NCBI GenBank assembly: GCA_964500895.1
Contig: CAZCQP010000006.1
Location: forward strand, 9,211-73,210
Direction of reading: 5' to 3'
DNA: 64,000 bases
DNA from: an uncultured Eubacteriales bacterium
Lineage (GTDB): Bacteria; Bacillota; Clostridia; Lachnospirales; JAISER01
Of the stretch, positions 18,371 to 27,973 are shown in pieces. The first letter of the stretch is position 1; each line of letters starts with the position of its first letter. The position numbers and the translations under genes were made by a program. Below the pieces are notes generated by a model. The model had not been told where the DNA came from. It did not search any database and saw nothing but the letters and a program-made list of their open reading frames with translations.

Positions 18371-19738
18371 TTAAAGTTTACCGCTTATGGCTAAAAACAG
18401 ATGCTCCAAATCATTGCGGTTGGATAACTTTTCTGTAAAATACCTGGGCATATCCTTTGTGAAAAGTTCATGGGCAGAAAAGTGATAATTGGTGCCATTT
18501 ATAAATTCAAAGGGGTGAGAGGTGTAATCAAAGTTTTTGGAACTGAGAACCACGGTGTCATAGCCGGTACTTGCATAATCCCCCAGCAATGCACGTAAGG
18601 CCAATTGATCCACATAAATTGTATCGTTTTCTATAGCATAAATGTTAGGGTAAACCGTGGGGTCGATGGTTTGAAAGGTGGAATAATCGGGTTGGGTTAA
18701 GAGAATTTCAAACACAGCGTTATAGTTTTGGTTTAGGTTCAGATGGTTTGTATAAACAAAATGAACGGCTGTGTTCACCGTCATGCATAAAATGACCACG
18801 AATGTAGCCAAAGGGGTAACGTTGTGGCGGATAGGGTTAAAACGGTAAAGCCCTTCTATGCGGTCTTTTAATATGGTGTAAGCATCCGAAAAACCGTAGC
18901 CCAAGCCCGCAACAGAATGCCTGCTGGAACAGCCTTTTAACAATAACTGCCCATAGCGCTCCTTGGAATGGCCTTGAACCCCCATCACCTGGCTATCGCA
19001 CAATAATTCCGTATCCCGCCTGAAATGTTTGAGGAACACCCCCATTACAGGATTGAACCACATGAAGCATTCCAAAAAATGCAGCAAACGAAATTTCACC
19101 GTATCCCCGTTTTGAATGTGGCTCAATTCATGCAAAAGCATGAGGTAAAGCTCTTGGTGCGTAAATTTTTCTTGGTAATTTTGGGGCAGCAAAATGCAGG
19201 AGGTTACCATGCCGTAGGATACAGGTGTATCTATGTATGCCGCAATGCTAACCCTTATTTCTCTTTTAATGCCTAAAGCGGCCTTGGCTTTTGATAATAA
19301 GTTTTTATGGTCATTGAAGGGAGGCATGTATTTAAAGGATTGCTGTATTTTCCAATTTAAAATAAAGTAGCCGGCCATTTTATAGATGACAACCGATAGC
19401 CATAAAAGGGCCAAAAAGCAAGCCGCAACATACAAATAAGGGGCATAAGGTTTGTCTGTATACAACATGGCAAACAGCGGGCTTGTGAAGTAATGGTTAA
19501 CCTCTAGGTTTGCAAGTACAAAGCTTAGAAGCAATACATACCAGCAGTAATAATTGGCTTGGACATGGCGGTTGATGTGCTTACTTTTTTTAACACACTG
19601 TATCATGCCATAAATAAGGTTAAAGTAGAAGGCAATACAAAGCCATTTCACTACCAACAGCAGCAGCATAAAAAAGAAAGCCGGCAGTACAGCATGTTGA
19701 AGCATCAATGCCCGAAGGTGCATGACAAGGTTATCCAT
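18371..19738 (-). CDS. BlaR1/MecR1-like M56 peptidase signal transducer lacking a recognisable penicillin-binding sensor domain
   Basis: N-terminal TM helices and an HELSHIQNGD zinc motif. In the C-terminal ~130 aa I could not align an SxxK/KTG penicillin-binding arrangement. Confidence 0.8.
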   Translation of the reverse strand: MDNLVMHLRALMLQHAVLPAFFFMLLLLVVKWLCIAFYFNLIYGMIQCVKKSKHINRHVQANYYCWYVLLLSFVLANLEVNHYFTSPLFAMLYTDKPYAPYLYVAACFLALLWLSVVIYKMAGYFILNWKIQQSFKYMPPFNDHKNLLSKAKAALGIKREIRVSIAAYIDTPVSYGMVTSCILLPQNYQEKFTHQELYLMLLHELSHIQNGDTVKFRLLHFLECFMWFNPVMGVFLKHFRRDTELLCDSQVMGVQGHSKERYGQLLLKGCSSRHSVAGLGYGFSDAYTILKDRIEGLYRFNPIRHNVTPLATFVVILCMTVNTAVHFVYTNHLNLNQNYNAVFEILLTQPDYSTFQTIDPTVYPNIYAIENDTIYVDQLALRALLGDYASTGYDTVVLSSKNFDYTSHPFEFINGTNYHFSAHELFTKDMPRYFTEKLSNRNDLEHLFLAISGKL

Positions 19739-19739
19739 T

Positions 19740-20129
19740 TTATTTAACTTTCTTTTTCTCCAATATGTGCTTTAAGTCGGCAATTTCGTCCTGGGTCAGT
19801 TGGTTGTTTTCCAAAAACATGGCAAACATTTTTTTAAGGTTATTCTCATAGTACAAATGCAGAAATTGTTTGCTTTCCTCTAAAACACATTCCGATTGGG
19901 ATACAATGGGCCGATAGTAATACAGTTTGGCATTGTTTTCATCCACAGTAAAAGCCACAGCTTTTTTGGCTATAAGCCGCCGCAACAGGGTTTTAATGGT
20001 GGTCACCTCAAGGTCTTTTTCTTTTTGCACTTTCTCCACAATCTCCGCAGCGGTGGCCGGGGAATGCTCCCATAGTTTATTCATAATAAGCCATTCACTT
20101 TCGGATATTTTGGGTAACTTTTTATACAT
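19740..20129 (-). CDS. blaI: BlaI/MecI/CopY family transcriptional repressor
   Basis: ISESEWLIMNKLWEHSPATAAEIVEKV ... TIKTLLRRL winged helix. AGGAGG SD before the ATG at 20129. Adjacent to the blaR1-like gene. Confidence 0.88.
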   Translation of the reverse strand: MYKKLPKISESEWLIMNKLWEHSPATAAEIVEKVQKEKDLEVTTIKTLLRRLIAKKAVAFTVDENNAKLYYYRPIVSQSECVLEESKQFLHLYYENNLKKMFAMFLENNQLTQDEIADLKHILEKKKVK

Positions 20130-20197
20130 GATAACCCTCCTGCACCACGTAAAAATGCCTGGCCACCAATTTTGCAACTGCCTGTGTGGATGGCCGT

Positions 20198-20214
20198 TTA
20201 ACTACGTTTGTTTG
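20198..20214 (-). promoter_or_regulatory. candidate BlaI operator upstream of blaI
   Basis: TTAACTACGTTTGTTTG differs by one base from the arm AACTACATTTGTT of the 18281-18321 palindrome. Confidence 0.4.
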
Positions 20215-20292
20215 AACGCTCACTTTGTATATCGGCAGTTATAACAAAAATGTTAGTTTCTTTTTGCAGCGGTAATGCAGCCCAAAACATGT

Positions 20293-20324
20293 AAAAAGCC
20301 GGTATAGTGTGTGGCTATACCGGC
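20293..20324 (-). terminator. intrinsic terminator of the SLH-protein gene
   Basis: Stem GCCGGTATAG / CTATACCGGC, followed on the minus strand by TTTTTA. Confidence 0.7.
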
Positions 20325-20343
20325 TGCTGCTGAGCATGTTTGC

Positions 20344-23259
20344 CTATTCTTCAGGTGTCGCTTCAGGAAGGGTTATGCCCATAAAAAGTATTATTCCGCT
20401 GACTCCTTCGCTGGGGTAGAATGGTACATTGGGGTCTAACTTTTGCACCACAATGGTGCCGCCGGGCTTAAGGTTTGTGCCGTTAGGGTTATAGAACACA
20501 ATGGGTTCCAGCGTATCCAATGTGGAGTCTGGGTGGGCACCATGGAAGCTGAAGATGCCTTCATCCATGTTGGCAAAAAGGGTGATGCGGTAGTAGAGGT
20601 TCACGACTTCTAACGGTGCATCTGCCAAACCGGTGTCTGCAAATTGCTCCTGGGCCAGCACCCACTGGAAAGCGCCGTCATCGGTTGGTTCTGGTTGTGT
20701 GCGGTAGTAGTTCAACAGTTCGGTAAAAACCTGTGTTCCGCCGGTTTGCTGCTTTAAGTATTCCGCAAATATGCCGGATAAAGAATATCCCAATAAATTG
20801 CTGCCTAGGGTGTTATCATCTTCATGAAAGCCGTAAAGAGAGCGGCCGTTACGCACCCCCTCGGTGCCATACAGGTTATAGTATTTCACACGTGGGATAA
20901 GCACACTGTTGGGGTATACAATTTCTTCCGCTGCCATAGACATGGCCTCGTTTAACCACGCTGGCATAAGCCTTTCAACAATGTAGGGGCTCATGATCAT
21001 TGCGGAATCATTAATCAAATGCTGTAGTTCATGGAACAACACGGAATAACTGTTTGTGACACCTCTGCCGGGATAAAAAATCAAGGGATACGTATCAATA
21101 TGTATGATGGCGGCATGATTTGCTTCGGGATTAAAATCCCAAGGATTGAAATAGCCGCCTATATATCCGCTGGTGCCAGCAGGGTCAAAGTTATCTTGAA
21201 TGTCATAAAGCAAAATATTCAGCATTCCATCGTTAGCAGGGTTATATAAGTCTCCGAAAACGTCAATGACCAGCCCAGATTTTTGGTCATACTCATTGGC
21301 AATTTGCACTGCCATGGCGGAGGTCACCACATAATCGGCATCAAAAACATCTGCCCAAACATAGCAATGTTCGCCCTTTACCAGAAGCTCAAAGGGCTTA
21401 TCTTCCATATTTTCTAATGTGTTATCCAAAAATGCATGTTTTAACACCTTAAAAGTCTTCACATCCCCTACAGCGCTGGAGGTGGTGGTGCTATAAGGCT
21501 GGGGCTTGGACGCAAGGCTTGCCTTCAATTGGCTAAGGTCTGCCCGGGGGCTAAAAGGTATGGCATAAGGCTCCGAGGGTTCGGGTGCCATGCGTTTGCC
21601 GGAAGCAGGTGGGGTTGTTACAATGCCTTCAAGGGGGCCGGTTGGCAGTTCCAAGACAGGCATATCGTACCATTCTGATGAAAAAAGATTAGAAATCATC
21701 ACGTAGTCGCCGGAAATGCCATCGGAGGCATCCAAATCAAACATCACCATTATATCGCAGGTAGCGGTTTTGCCGCCGTCTTCTGTGGTGGCAGTGATGG
21801 TAGCAGTACCGAAGTCTAACGCTTTAACAGTGCCGGTATCGTCTACGGCTACCACATCGGGGTTGCTGGAATGCCAAGCAATGGTCTTGTTTTTGGCATT
21901 GCTGGGTGTAATGACGGGTTCAAACAGATATTTCTGCCCCACGCCCAGATACATGAAGGATTGATCCAGGGCAATGCTTTCAACAGGTACATTATTGTTG
22001 GAAGATGAACCACCTTTGTGGGGGCCGTTGCTTCTTGGGCTGGAAACGGAAGATACAGTGCTTTTGGTACCGTCCGGCAGGGTTACGTCCTTCACGCCAG
22101 AAGCGACGGTGACGGTATCGGGACTATTGCCTTTAATAACAGTGCCCGAAGCGTTTATGTGCACATTGCTAATGGTACCTTTATTTTCTACGGTTACTTG
22201 TGCATTGGCTGTCAGATTTTTCACTTTGCTGGCACTGTCCAGGGTAAGGGTTGCCCCTTTGCCTTCAATAACCAGGTTTTGAACGTTGGCGCCCACAGCA
22301 TTAACCTTTGTGCCCGCCATAACGGTCAGGTTTTGCACGGAACCAGACACAAACAGTGTACCGGCCTCCATGGCCAGGGTGTCTACAACAGCATTCTCTT
22401 GTATTTTTACCGAAACGGGGCCGTTGTTTTTAGCCACCACAAGGTGGGCAATGTGGGAATTACCCCTAATGATAACAGAATCTTTTCCGCCGCCCCGGAC
22501 AATCACCGTGCCTGCCACGGTTACGCTGTCTAAGACCACCTCACCATTGCCTACGCCTTCGGCAATCATTAAGTCGCCGCCGACAGTCATGTCTTTAAGC
22601 ACGGCGCCGGAAGTGTTTACCAGCACACCGCTGGCGGTATCTTTGGAATAGCTACCGGCATGGTTCAAATACCCTTCCACAGCGTTGTCCAAAATGGCCA
22701 ACACTTCGGCTCTGGTAATGTTGGCATCAAAGGCAAAGTTGCCTTTAAAAACCCCTTCCAGATACCCGTGGGCAGCCATGCCGTTTACAGATTGCACGGC
22801 CCAATCTGGTATGTATTCGTTGGCATAAGCCTGCTTGGTACTTTCGGGTACCCCCAGCGCCACAGCCAATGCCCGTAGGGCTTCAGCCCGGGTTATGTTG
22901 GCGTTTGGCCGCATGGTGCCGTCTGGGTAGCCTGCAAAAACATTTGCGGCGGCAGCTTTAAGCAGGGGTTCTGTGTACCAGGCGCTTTTTTCCAAGTCTT
23001 CGTATTGGTTGGACGCTGTGTCTAAATAGCCCATTAAGCGTTCTAAAATAACGGAAATTTCAGCACGGGTGATTTTACCATCCGGCTTGAAACTGCCATC
23101 GGGGTACCCGCTGATAACCCCGTAACTGACAAAGTTGTTCACCGCTCCTTGCGCCCAGTGCCCGGAAATGTCAGTAAATTCTGCGGCATAGGCGGTTTGG
23201 CCAAACAGGCCCAAAAACATGGCCGCAGATAGCAACATTGCTAAAAATCGTTTGCGCAT
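20344..23259 (-). CDS. secreted SLH-domain protein with beta-helix repeats, a Big_2 domain and a C-terminal M1-like (gluzincin) metallopeptidase domain
   Basis: Signal peptide, then three SLH repeats (FTDISGHWAQ ..., GYPDG ...). Big_2 (TIAWHSSNPDVVAVDDTGTVKAL). HELQHLIN plus WLNEAMS about 20 aa later. Confidence 0.8.
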   Translation of the reverse strand: MRKRFLAMLLSAAMFLGLFGQTAYAAEFTDISGHWAQGAVNNFVSYGVISGYPDGSFKPDGKITRAEISVILERLMGYLDTASNQYEDLEKSAWYTEPLLKAAAANVFAGYPDGTMRPNANITRAEALRALAVALGVPESTKQAYANEYIPDWAVQSVNGMAAHGYLEGVFKGNFAFDANITRAEVLAILDNAVEGYLNHAGSYSKDTASGVLVNTSGAVLKDMTVGGDLMIAEGVGNGEVVLDSVTVAGTVIVRGGGKDSVIIRGNSHIAHLVVAKNNGPVSVKIQENAVVDTLAMEAGTLFVSGSVQNLTVMAGTKVNAVGANVQNLVIEGKGATLTLDSASKVKNLTANAQVTVENKGTISNVHINASGTVIKGNSPDTVTVASGVKDVTLPDGTKSTVSSVSSPRSNGPHKGGSSSNNNVPVESIALDQSFMYLGVGQKYLFEPVITPSNAKNKTIAWHSSNPDVVAVDDTGTVKALDFGTATITATTEDGGKTATCDIMVMFDLDASDGISGDYVMISNLFSSEWYDMPVLELPTGPLEGIVTTPPASGKRMAPEPSEPYAIPFSPRADLSQLKASLASKPQPYSTTTSSAVGDVKTFKVLKHAFLDNTLENMEDKPFELLVKGEHCYVWADVFDADYVVTSAMAVQIANEYDQKSGLVIDVFGDLYNPANDGMLNILLYDIQDNFDPAGTSGYIGGYFNPWDFNPEANHAAIIHIDTYPLIFYPGRGVTNSYSVLFHELQHLINDSAMIMSPYIVERLMPAWLNEAMSMAAEEIVYPNSVLIPRVKYYNLYGTEGVRNGRSLYGFHEDDNTLGSNLLGYSLSGIFAEYLKQQTGGTQVFTELLNYYRTQPEPTDDGAFQWVLAQEQFADTGLADAPLEVVNLYYRITLFANMDEGIFSFHGAHPDSTLDTLEPIVFYNPNGTNLKPGGTIVVQKLDPNVPFYPSEGVSGIILFMGITLPEATPEE

Positions 23260-23609
23260 ACAATCCTCCATTCATACATTCTTCTAACAAAATACCATAA
23301 CAAAAGTATAGCCCAGCGCATTGTTTAAAGTCAATATGAACTTTATTGATTATTTTTAAACAGTTTGAACACATTTACGGCAAATTAAGTCATAAGGTGC
23401 ATTCTAAAAATGGCAAACATTCATTTAAGGTATTGCTAATTTTTGACAGCGGGAATATACTTAGTCCAGGTAGGGATCTACATTTTATTAAAAAACCAAG
23501 ACATAGAATGGGACACAATCGCCGACAATATGAATGTACAATTTGATTGCTTGCCTAAATTACTGGCAAATTGATTGAATACAGGTTCTAAAAAAATGGA
23601 GGAGAAGCA

Positions 23610-25829
23610 ATGAAAAACTTAAAAATCAGCGCTAAGCTTTGGTTAGGGTTCGGCGTGGTGCTGGTCATGATTATTTTGCTTGGTACGCTTTCATTATTTA
23701 GTATTGGCAGAATAAACAAGGTAGTCACCTTGTATGCCACCAAAACCTTGCCAAATACAGGCTATATTTGGGAAATTCGATATGAAATGGTTTCTATAGA
23801 ACGTTACTTAACCGAAGCCATTGCCACCGAAAGCCGGGATGTAAAGCTGGATATGCTTAAAAAAGCGGATGAAGAGGGGGCACTGCTTCTTGAACGCATT
23901 GACCGTTACAAGCAAAATGCCAGAACAGACCCAGCACTTATAGAGGAATACGTTAAGCGCTTAGAAAGCGCTGCCCAATACAGGCAACAAATTACAGACA
24001 TCCTTAATCTTCCAGAGTCCAAGGAAAACGATGCATTAGCGCTGGAGATATTTGAAAACCAGTACGTTCCCGCCTTTGACAGTGCTACCGAGGCGTTAAC
24101 AAAAGTGTCGGACGTGGTTTACCAACTGGCAGACAAACAGAAAGCAGATGCGGAAGTAACCTTTGGTACCGTGAAATCCGCTGTGTTTTTCATTACTTTA
24201 TTTATTGCGTTTTTAGCCGTTTTGATGGTGGCTTTAATCCGCAGGTCCATCATCACCCCAGTGAGAGCCATTGAGCAAATGGCCAATGATTTATCTGAAG
24301 GCCGGATGAACAGCAACGTCACCTATGTAAGCAAAGATGAGTTTGGCAGCCTGGTGCAGACCATGGGCACAGTGCGCCAGACCATTTCCATGCTGGTGGA
24401 CCGCCTGCAAAAGCTGATTGTAGATTTTGATAAAGGCATCACCGATTCCAGAGTGGACGAAACAGTGTTTAAAGGGGAATACCAGTCGTTGGCCCAGGGG
24501 GTAAATGAACTTTGCAGCACGTTGATTAACGATAATTTATTAATCATGGATGCCTTTGGCGCCTTAGGCAATGGTGATTTTAATGCCACTTTAACACAGC
24601 TACCCGGGCAAAAGGCTGTTGCCAACGAACGGTTTGATGTGTTTAAAGCCAACATTAAGGCTTTGCATACAGACTTGTCTATGCTGATAGACAGCGCCGC
24701 CGGCGGTAAGCTGGACACCCGCATTGACGCAGCCGCTTACAAAGATGGTTGGCAGGAAATTGTAACAGGCTTAAACAACCTGTTGGCTGCGGTGAACAAA
24801 CCCATTGAAGATGCCAACCAGGTGCTGGAGCAGTTGGCCCGTGGGCAGTTTGATGTAAGGATTCAAAATGCCTACAAAGGCGCTTTTGCGGAAATGATGT
24901 TGTCTTTGAACAGCATGGTGCAAACCATTGGTTCTTATATTGCTGAAATTACCCAAATGCTGCAAGTTATGGCAGAGGGTGACTTACGCTCTACCATTAA
25001 CCGGGACTATGTGGGTGAGTTTGGCCAGATTAAAGATTCCATCAACCACATCGTTAACACCATGCAGGAAACCATCCAAAACATTATTGCTTCTGCGGAC
25101 AATGTGCGCGCTGGTGCAAGGCAAATTTCAGAATCTGCCATGGACTTGGCTTCCGGGGCTTCAAACCAGGCCGGTGCTGTGGAGCAATTGTCGGCGTCCA
25201 TCAGCGTGATTAACGAACAGTCTACCCAAAACACAGCCAGAACCAAAGAAGCAAACCAACTGTCCCAGCGGGCCATTGCCGGGGCGGAAAACGGCCGCAA
25301 AGAAATGCAGCAGATGTTGGATTCTATGGAGACCATTAAAAAATCTTCCCACGACATTGCAAACATCATTAAGGTGATTGACGACATTGCTTTCCAAACA
25401 AACTTGCTGGCCTTAAACGCTGCGGTAGAGGCTGCCCGGGCCGGTGAGCACGGCAGAGGGTTTTCGGTGGTGGCGGAAGAGGTGCGGGCGTTGGCAGGAA
25501 GAAGCCAGGAAGCGGCCAAAAACACAGAGTCGCTCATTGACCAAACCATTCAAAACATTAATGCGGGTTCGGAAATTGCCACCACCACCGCCGATGCTTT
25601 AAACACCATTGTGAATGACATTAATTCCATTTCGTCCATCATTGAGGACATTGACCAGTCCAGCGCCAACCAGGCAGACAGCATTGCCCAAATTACCGCT
25701 GGCATTAACCAAATTTCAGAGGTGGTACAAAGCAATTCTTCTACGTCGGAGGAATCTGCGGCAGCGTCTCAGGAACTGAGCAGCCAGTCCGAGCTGCTGG
25801 CCACCATGGTAGAGAGTTTTAAAGTTTAG
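23610..25829 (+). CDS. methyl-accepting chemotaxis protein
   Basis: N-terminal TM/4HB sensor, HAMP repeats, and the conserved signalling hairpin [34 protein letters not shown]. Confidence 0.95.
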   Translation: MKNLKISAKLWLGFGVVLVMIILLGTLSLFSIGRINKVVTLYATKTLPNTGYIWEIRYEMVSIERYLTEAIATESRDVKLDMLKKADEEGALLLERIDRYKQNARTDPALIEEYVKRLESAAQYRQQITDILNLPESKENDALALEIFENQYVPAFDSATEALTKVSDVVYQLADKQKADAEVTFGTVKSAVFFITLFIAFLAVLMVALIRRSIITPVRAIEQMANDLSEGRMNSNVTYVSKDEFGSLVQTMGTVRQTISMLVDRLQKLIVDFDKGITDSRVDETVFKGEYQSLAQGVNELCSTLINDNLLIMDAFGALGNGDFNATLTQLPGQKAVANERFDVFKANIKALHTDLSMLIDSAAGGKLDTRIDAAAYKDGWQEIVTGLNNLLAAVNKPIEDANQVLEQLARGQFDVRIQNAYKGAFAEMMLSLNSMVQTIGSYIAEITQMLQVMAEGDLRSTINRDYVGEFGQIKDSINHIVNTMQETIQNIIASADNVRAGARQISESAMDLASGASNQAGAVEQLSASISVINEQSTQNTARTKEANQLSQRAIAGAENGRKEMQQMLDSMETIKKSSHDIANIIKVIDDIAFQTNLLALNAAVEAARAGEHGRGFSVVAEEVRALAGRSQEAAKNTESLIDQTIQNINAGSEIATTTADALNTIVNDINSISSIIEDIDQSSANQADSIAQITAGINQISEVVQSNSSTSEESAAASQELSSQSELLATMVESFKV

Positions 25830-25835
25830 AGGCGG

Positions 25836-26268
25836 GTAAAACCTTGGGGCGTTGCCCCAAACCCCACTTCTTTCTTGTAAGAAAGAAGCAAAGAACTTTT
25901 AAGGGAAATGCCGCTTAGCGGCATTTCTAGGTAAAGGCTTTTTAAAAGGCTTGGGTAACATATTCCCGAAAAAGCTTCCCAAGGTCTTTTGTCCCCAAAC
26001 CACACTTCTTTCGTAAAAGAAAGAAGCAAAGAACTTTTAAGGGAAATGCCGCTTAGCGGCATTTCTAGGTAAAGGCTTTTTAAAAGGCTTGGGTAACATA
26101 TTCCCGAAAAAGCTACCCAAGGTCTTTTGTCCCCAAACCACACTTCTTTCGTAAAAGAAAGAAGCACAAAGTTTTTAAGGGAAATGCCGCTTTGCGGCAT
26201 TTCAAGATAAAGGCTTTTTAAAGGGTTTGGGAAACTTTTTCTTGAAAAAGTTTCCCAAGGTTTTTTAT
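25836..26268. repeat. three tandem copies (period about 137-138 bp) of a modular multi-hairpin intergenic repeat
   Basis: Unit starts are near 25857, 25993 and 26131. Each carries hairpins such as CTTCTTTC-loop-GAAAGAAG and GAAATGCCGC-TTA-GCGGCATTTC. Homologous in reverse orientation to 40109-40462. Confidence 0.85.
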
Positions 26269-26499
26269 CTACACAAATAAAGGGCATCCTTAACCACGGC
26301 TTACGCCGGGGTGGGATGCCCTTCTTTGCTTTCGTATTTTTTTCAGAGAGAGGTAATGCGCATTGTTGGTTTTTGTCTTTAGCAAAAACGTTCATGAAGG
26401 GCTGTCGTTTGAAAGCCAGCCCGGAAGGTTACATTAAATGGCTACATGGGTAAAGCTGGCAATTCTGTCAATAGGGATTTCTGTCACGGAGCCAAGCCA

Positions 26500-26600
26500 G
26501 TTGCTACCACAGCCGCCACCACAGCCACAGCCCCAGCTGCCGCCCCAGCCAGTGCCCCAGCCAGTGCCCCAGCCAGTGCCCCAGCCAGTGCCCCAGCCGT
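26500..26600. repeat. 12-bp tandem repeat (CCCCAGCCAGTG: 4 perfect copies plus degenerate flanks)
   Basis: Perfect copies at 26543-26590. Reads as PQPV repeats on the + strand and GWGT repeats on the - strand. Confidence 0.9.
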
Positions 26601-26713
26601 TTAAGCCCACAGCGTTGTTGCCGCCAGGCATCCAACCGGTGCAAGCGCTTCCTACTGGGCAAGCTGGAGGTGCGCCGCCACCACCAACAGTTTTGCCACC
26701 ATCATGGGCGCTG

Positions 26714-27973
26714 TTAGAGAAAGGGCAGCAGTATTTGGCGCTGGGTATTTAAGGTTTCGGCTTGCTTTTCAATTGCTTCCAACGTTTCGGCCAAAGCATA
26801 GGCTTTGGTTGGTTCGCCTTCTGCCAGAAAACCGCTAATGGCTTGCACACAGTGGGTATGCTGCTGTTGGGTTTTGCCATACGCCTTGTGGATGGCGGTG
26901 GCCTTTTGCCGCAGCCGTTTTTTTAAGGGCTTTTGAGCAGAAAGCCCAAACAGGGGCAGTATGTGGCTGACGGCTTGAACCACGGCGGCATCTGTTGCCC
27001 CAGCAGGTATGCTGTAAGGGCCGGTGCACGGGGAAAGCCTTGTTTTGCCCGTGCAGTAATAGCTGTTGGCTCGGCCTTTCTTCGCCATCCGTGCCCCACA
27101 TGCCCTGCAATGAAGCAGCGGGTTCAACAAAGCCGCCTCGGCCTTGGCCTTTGGCTGTGGGCGGCGGGTATTGGCTTTTTCCCATACGTCTGCATGTACA
27201 AGTGCCAAATGGGGGTAAAAATGGCCCCCGTATACCCCTTTGTACAGCGGGTTTTGCAAAAGGCGGTAAATGGCTGCGGGCCGCCAGTTGTTCCCTTTTT
27301 GGGTGGGAATGCCCTGTGCGTTTAAGGTTTTGGCAATTTTGTAGCCCCCCGCCTGTTGATGGGCGGCCATGTAAAAAATGCGGGTAACAACGGCTTCTTC
27401 TTCTGGCAGGGGTGTAAGCAGGTGTACAGCCCGCCCCCGGCGGTTCACTTCCCTGCTTTCCACCAACTGATAACCGTATGGCGGGCTTCCTCCGCGGTAC
27501 TTTCCGGCGGCCACAAGTTGCCGGTGGGCTTCCGATACACGCTGGCTGTTGTTGGCGCTCTCCCCTCCGGCGTGCCAGAAGCGGATGTAGTTCATCAATC
27601 GGTCGCCTGCATCCTCCAGCCGCAAAGGGCCTTCGCATACGCTGTAAAGCGCCACCCCCAGCCCCCACAGCCGGGCGGCCAAAAAAGGCATCTCCTTTTC
27701 CTGACGGCCCAGGCGGTCAAACATAAACACCAGCAGCACATCAAAGCACCCTTGGGATGCATCCCCCAAAAGCCGCTGCATCACCGGGCGCTTGCTTAAG
27801 GGCTTGCGGTAGCCGGAAACCCCTTTTTCTTCATATTCCTCCACCAAAACCCAGCCGGGCTTTTGGTCAATAAAGGCTTGGCAGGATTGGCGCTGCATGG
27901 GCATGTCCAGCTTGTCCAGCTGCCCCAGGGTGGACACCCGGTACAAGCAGGCCACCCGGCGTGTTTTGGTCAT
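26714..27973 (-). CDS. large serine recombinase
   Basis: N-terminal ACLYRVSTLGQ catalytic-Ser motif, a recombinase domain, and a Cys-rich zinc ribbon (CRACGARM ... YYCTG). ATGA overlap with the upstream recombinase. Confidence 0.9.
   Translation of the reverse strand: MTKTRRVACLYRVSTLGQLDKLDMPMQRQSCQAFIDQKPGWVLVEEYEEKGVSGYRKPLSKRPVMQRLLGDASQGCFDVLLVFMFDRLGRQEKEMPFLAARLWGLGVALYSVCEGPLRLEDAGDRLMNYIRFWHAGGESANNSQRVSEAHRQLVAAGKYRGGSPPYGYQLVESREVNRRGRAVHLLTPLPEEEAVVTRIFYMAAHQQAGGYKIAKTLNAQGIPTQKGNNWRPAAIYRLLQNPLYKGVYGGHFYPHLALVHADVWEKANTRRPQPKAKAEAALLNPLLHCRACGARMAKKGRANSYYCTGKTRLSPCTGPYSIPAGATDAAVVQAVSHILPLFGLSAQKPLKKRLRQKATAIHKAYGKTQQQHTHCVQAISGFLAEGEPTKAYALAETLEAIEKQAETLNTQRQILLPFL

Noticed and set aside
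25836-26268. CRISPR array
   Set aside because: The units are about 137 bp and directly abut one another, with no unique spacers. No cas genes are in the window, and the second locus has a different period (about 182 bp).
25826-26395. 189-aa minus-strand ORF with three 46-aa repeats (KRPW.AFSGICYPSLLKSLYLEMPLSGISLK...)
   Set aside because: It is produced by the 138-bp (3 x 46 codon) tandem DNA repeat. The homologous repeat copies at 40109-40462 have no ORF of 60 aa or more in any frame. The DNA is a chain of hairpins, and the ORF overlaps the MCP stop. A non-coding structured repeat is the better explanation.
26424-26441. att-site-like direct repeat flanking the recombinase island (13/18 identity with 29866-29883)
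   Set aside because: Both segments are AT-rich ribosome-binding-site-like sequence. The identity is modest. Serine recombinase attL/attR are not expected to share long direct repeats. It is mentioned only as a weak boundary hint.
26835-27668. 277-aa alternative-frame ORF and several 80-150-aa ORFs on both strands inside the recombinase genes
   Set aside because: The translations are Arg/Pro/Gly-rich, typical of off-frames in GC-richer DNA. The recombinase frames carry the catalytic serine and zinc-ribbon motifs.
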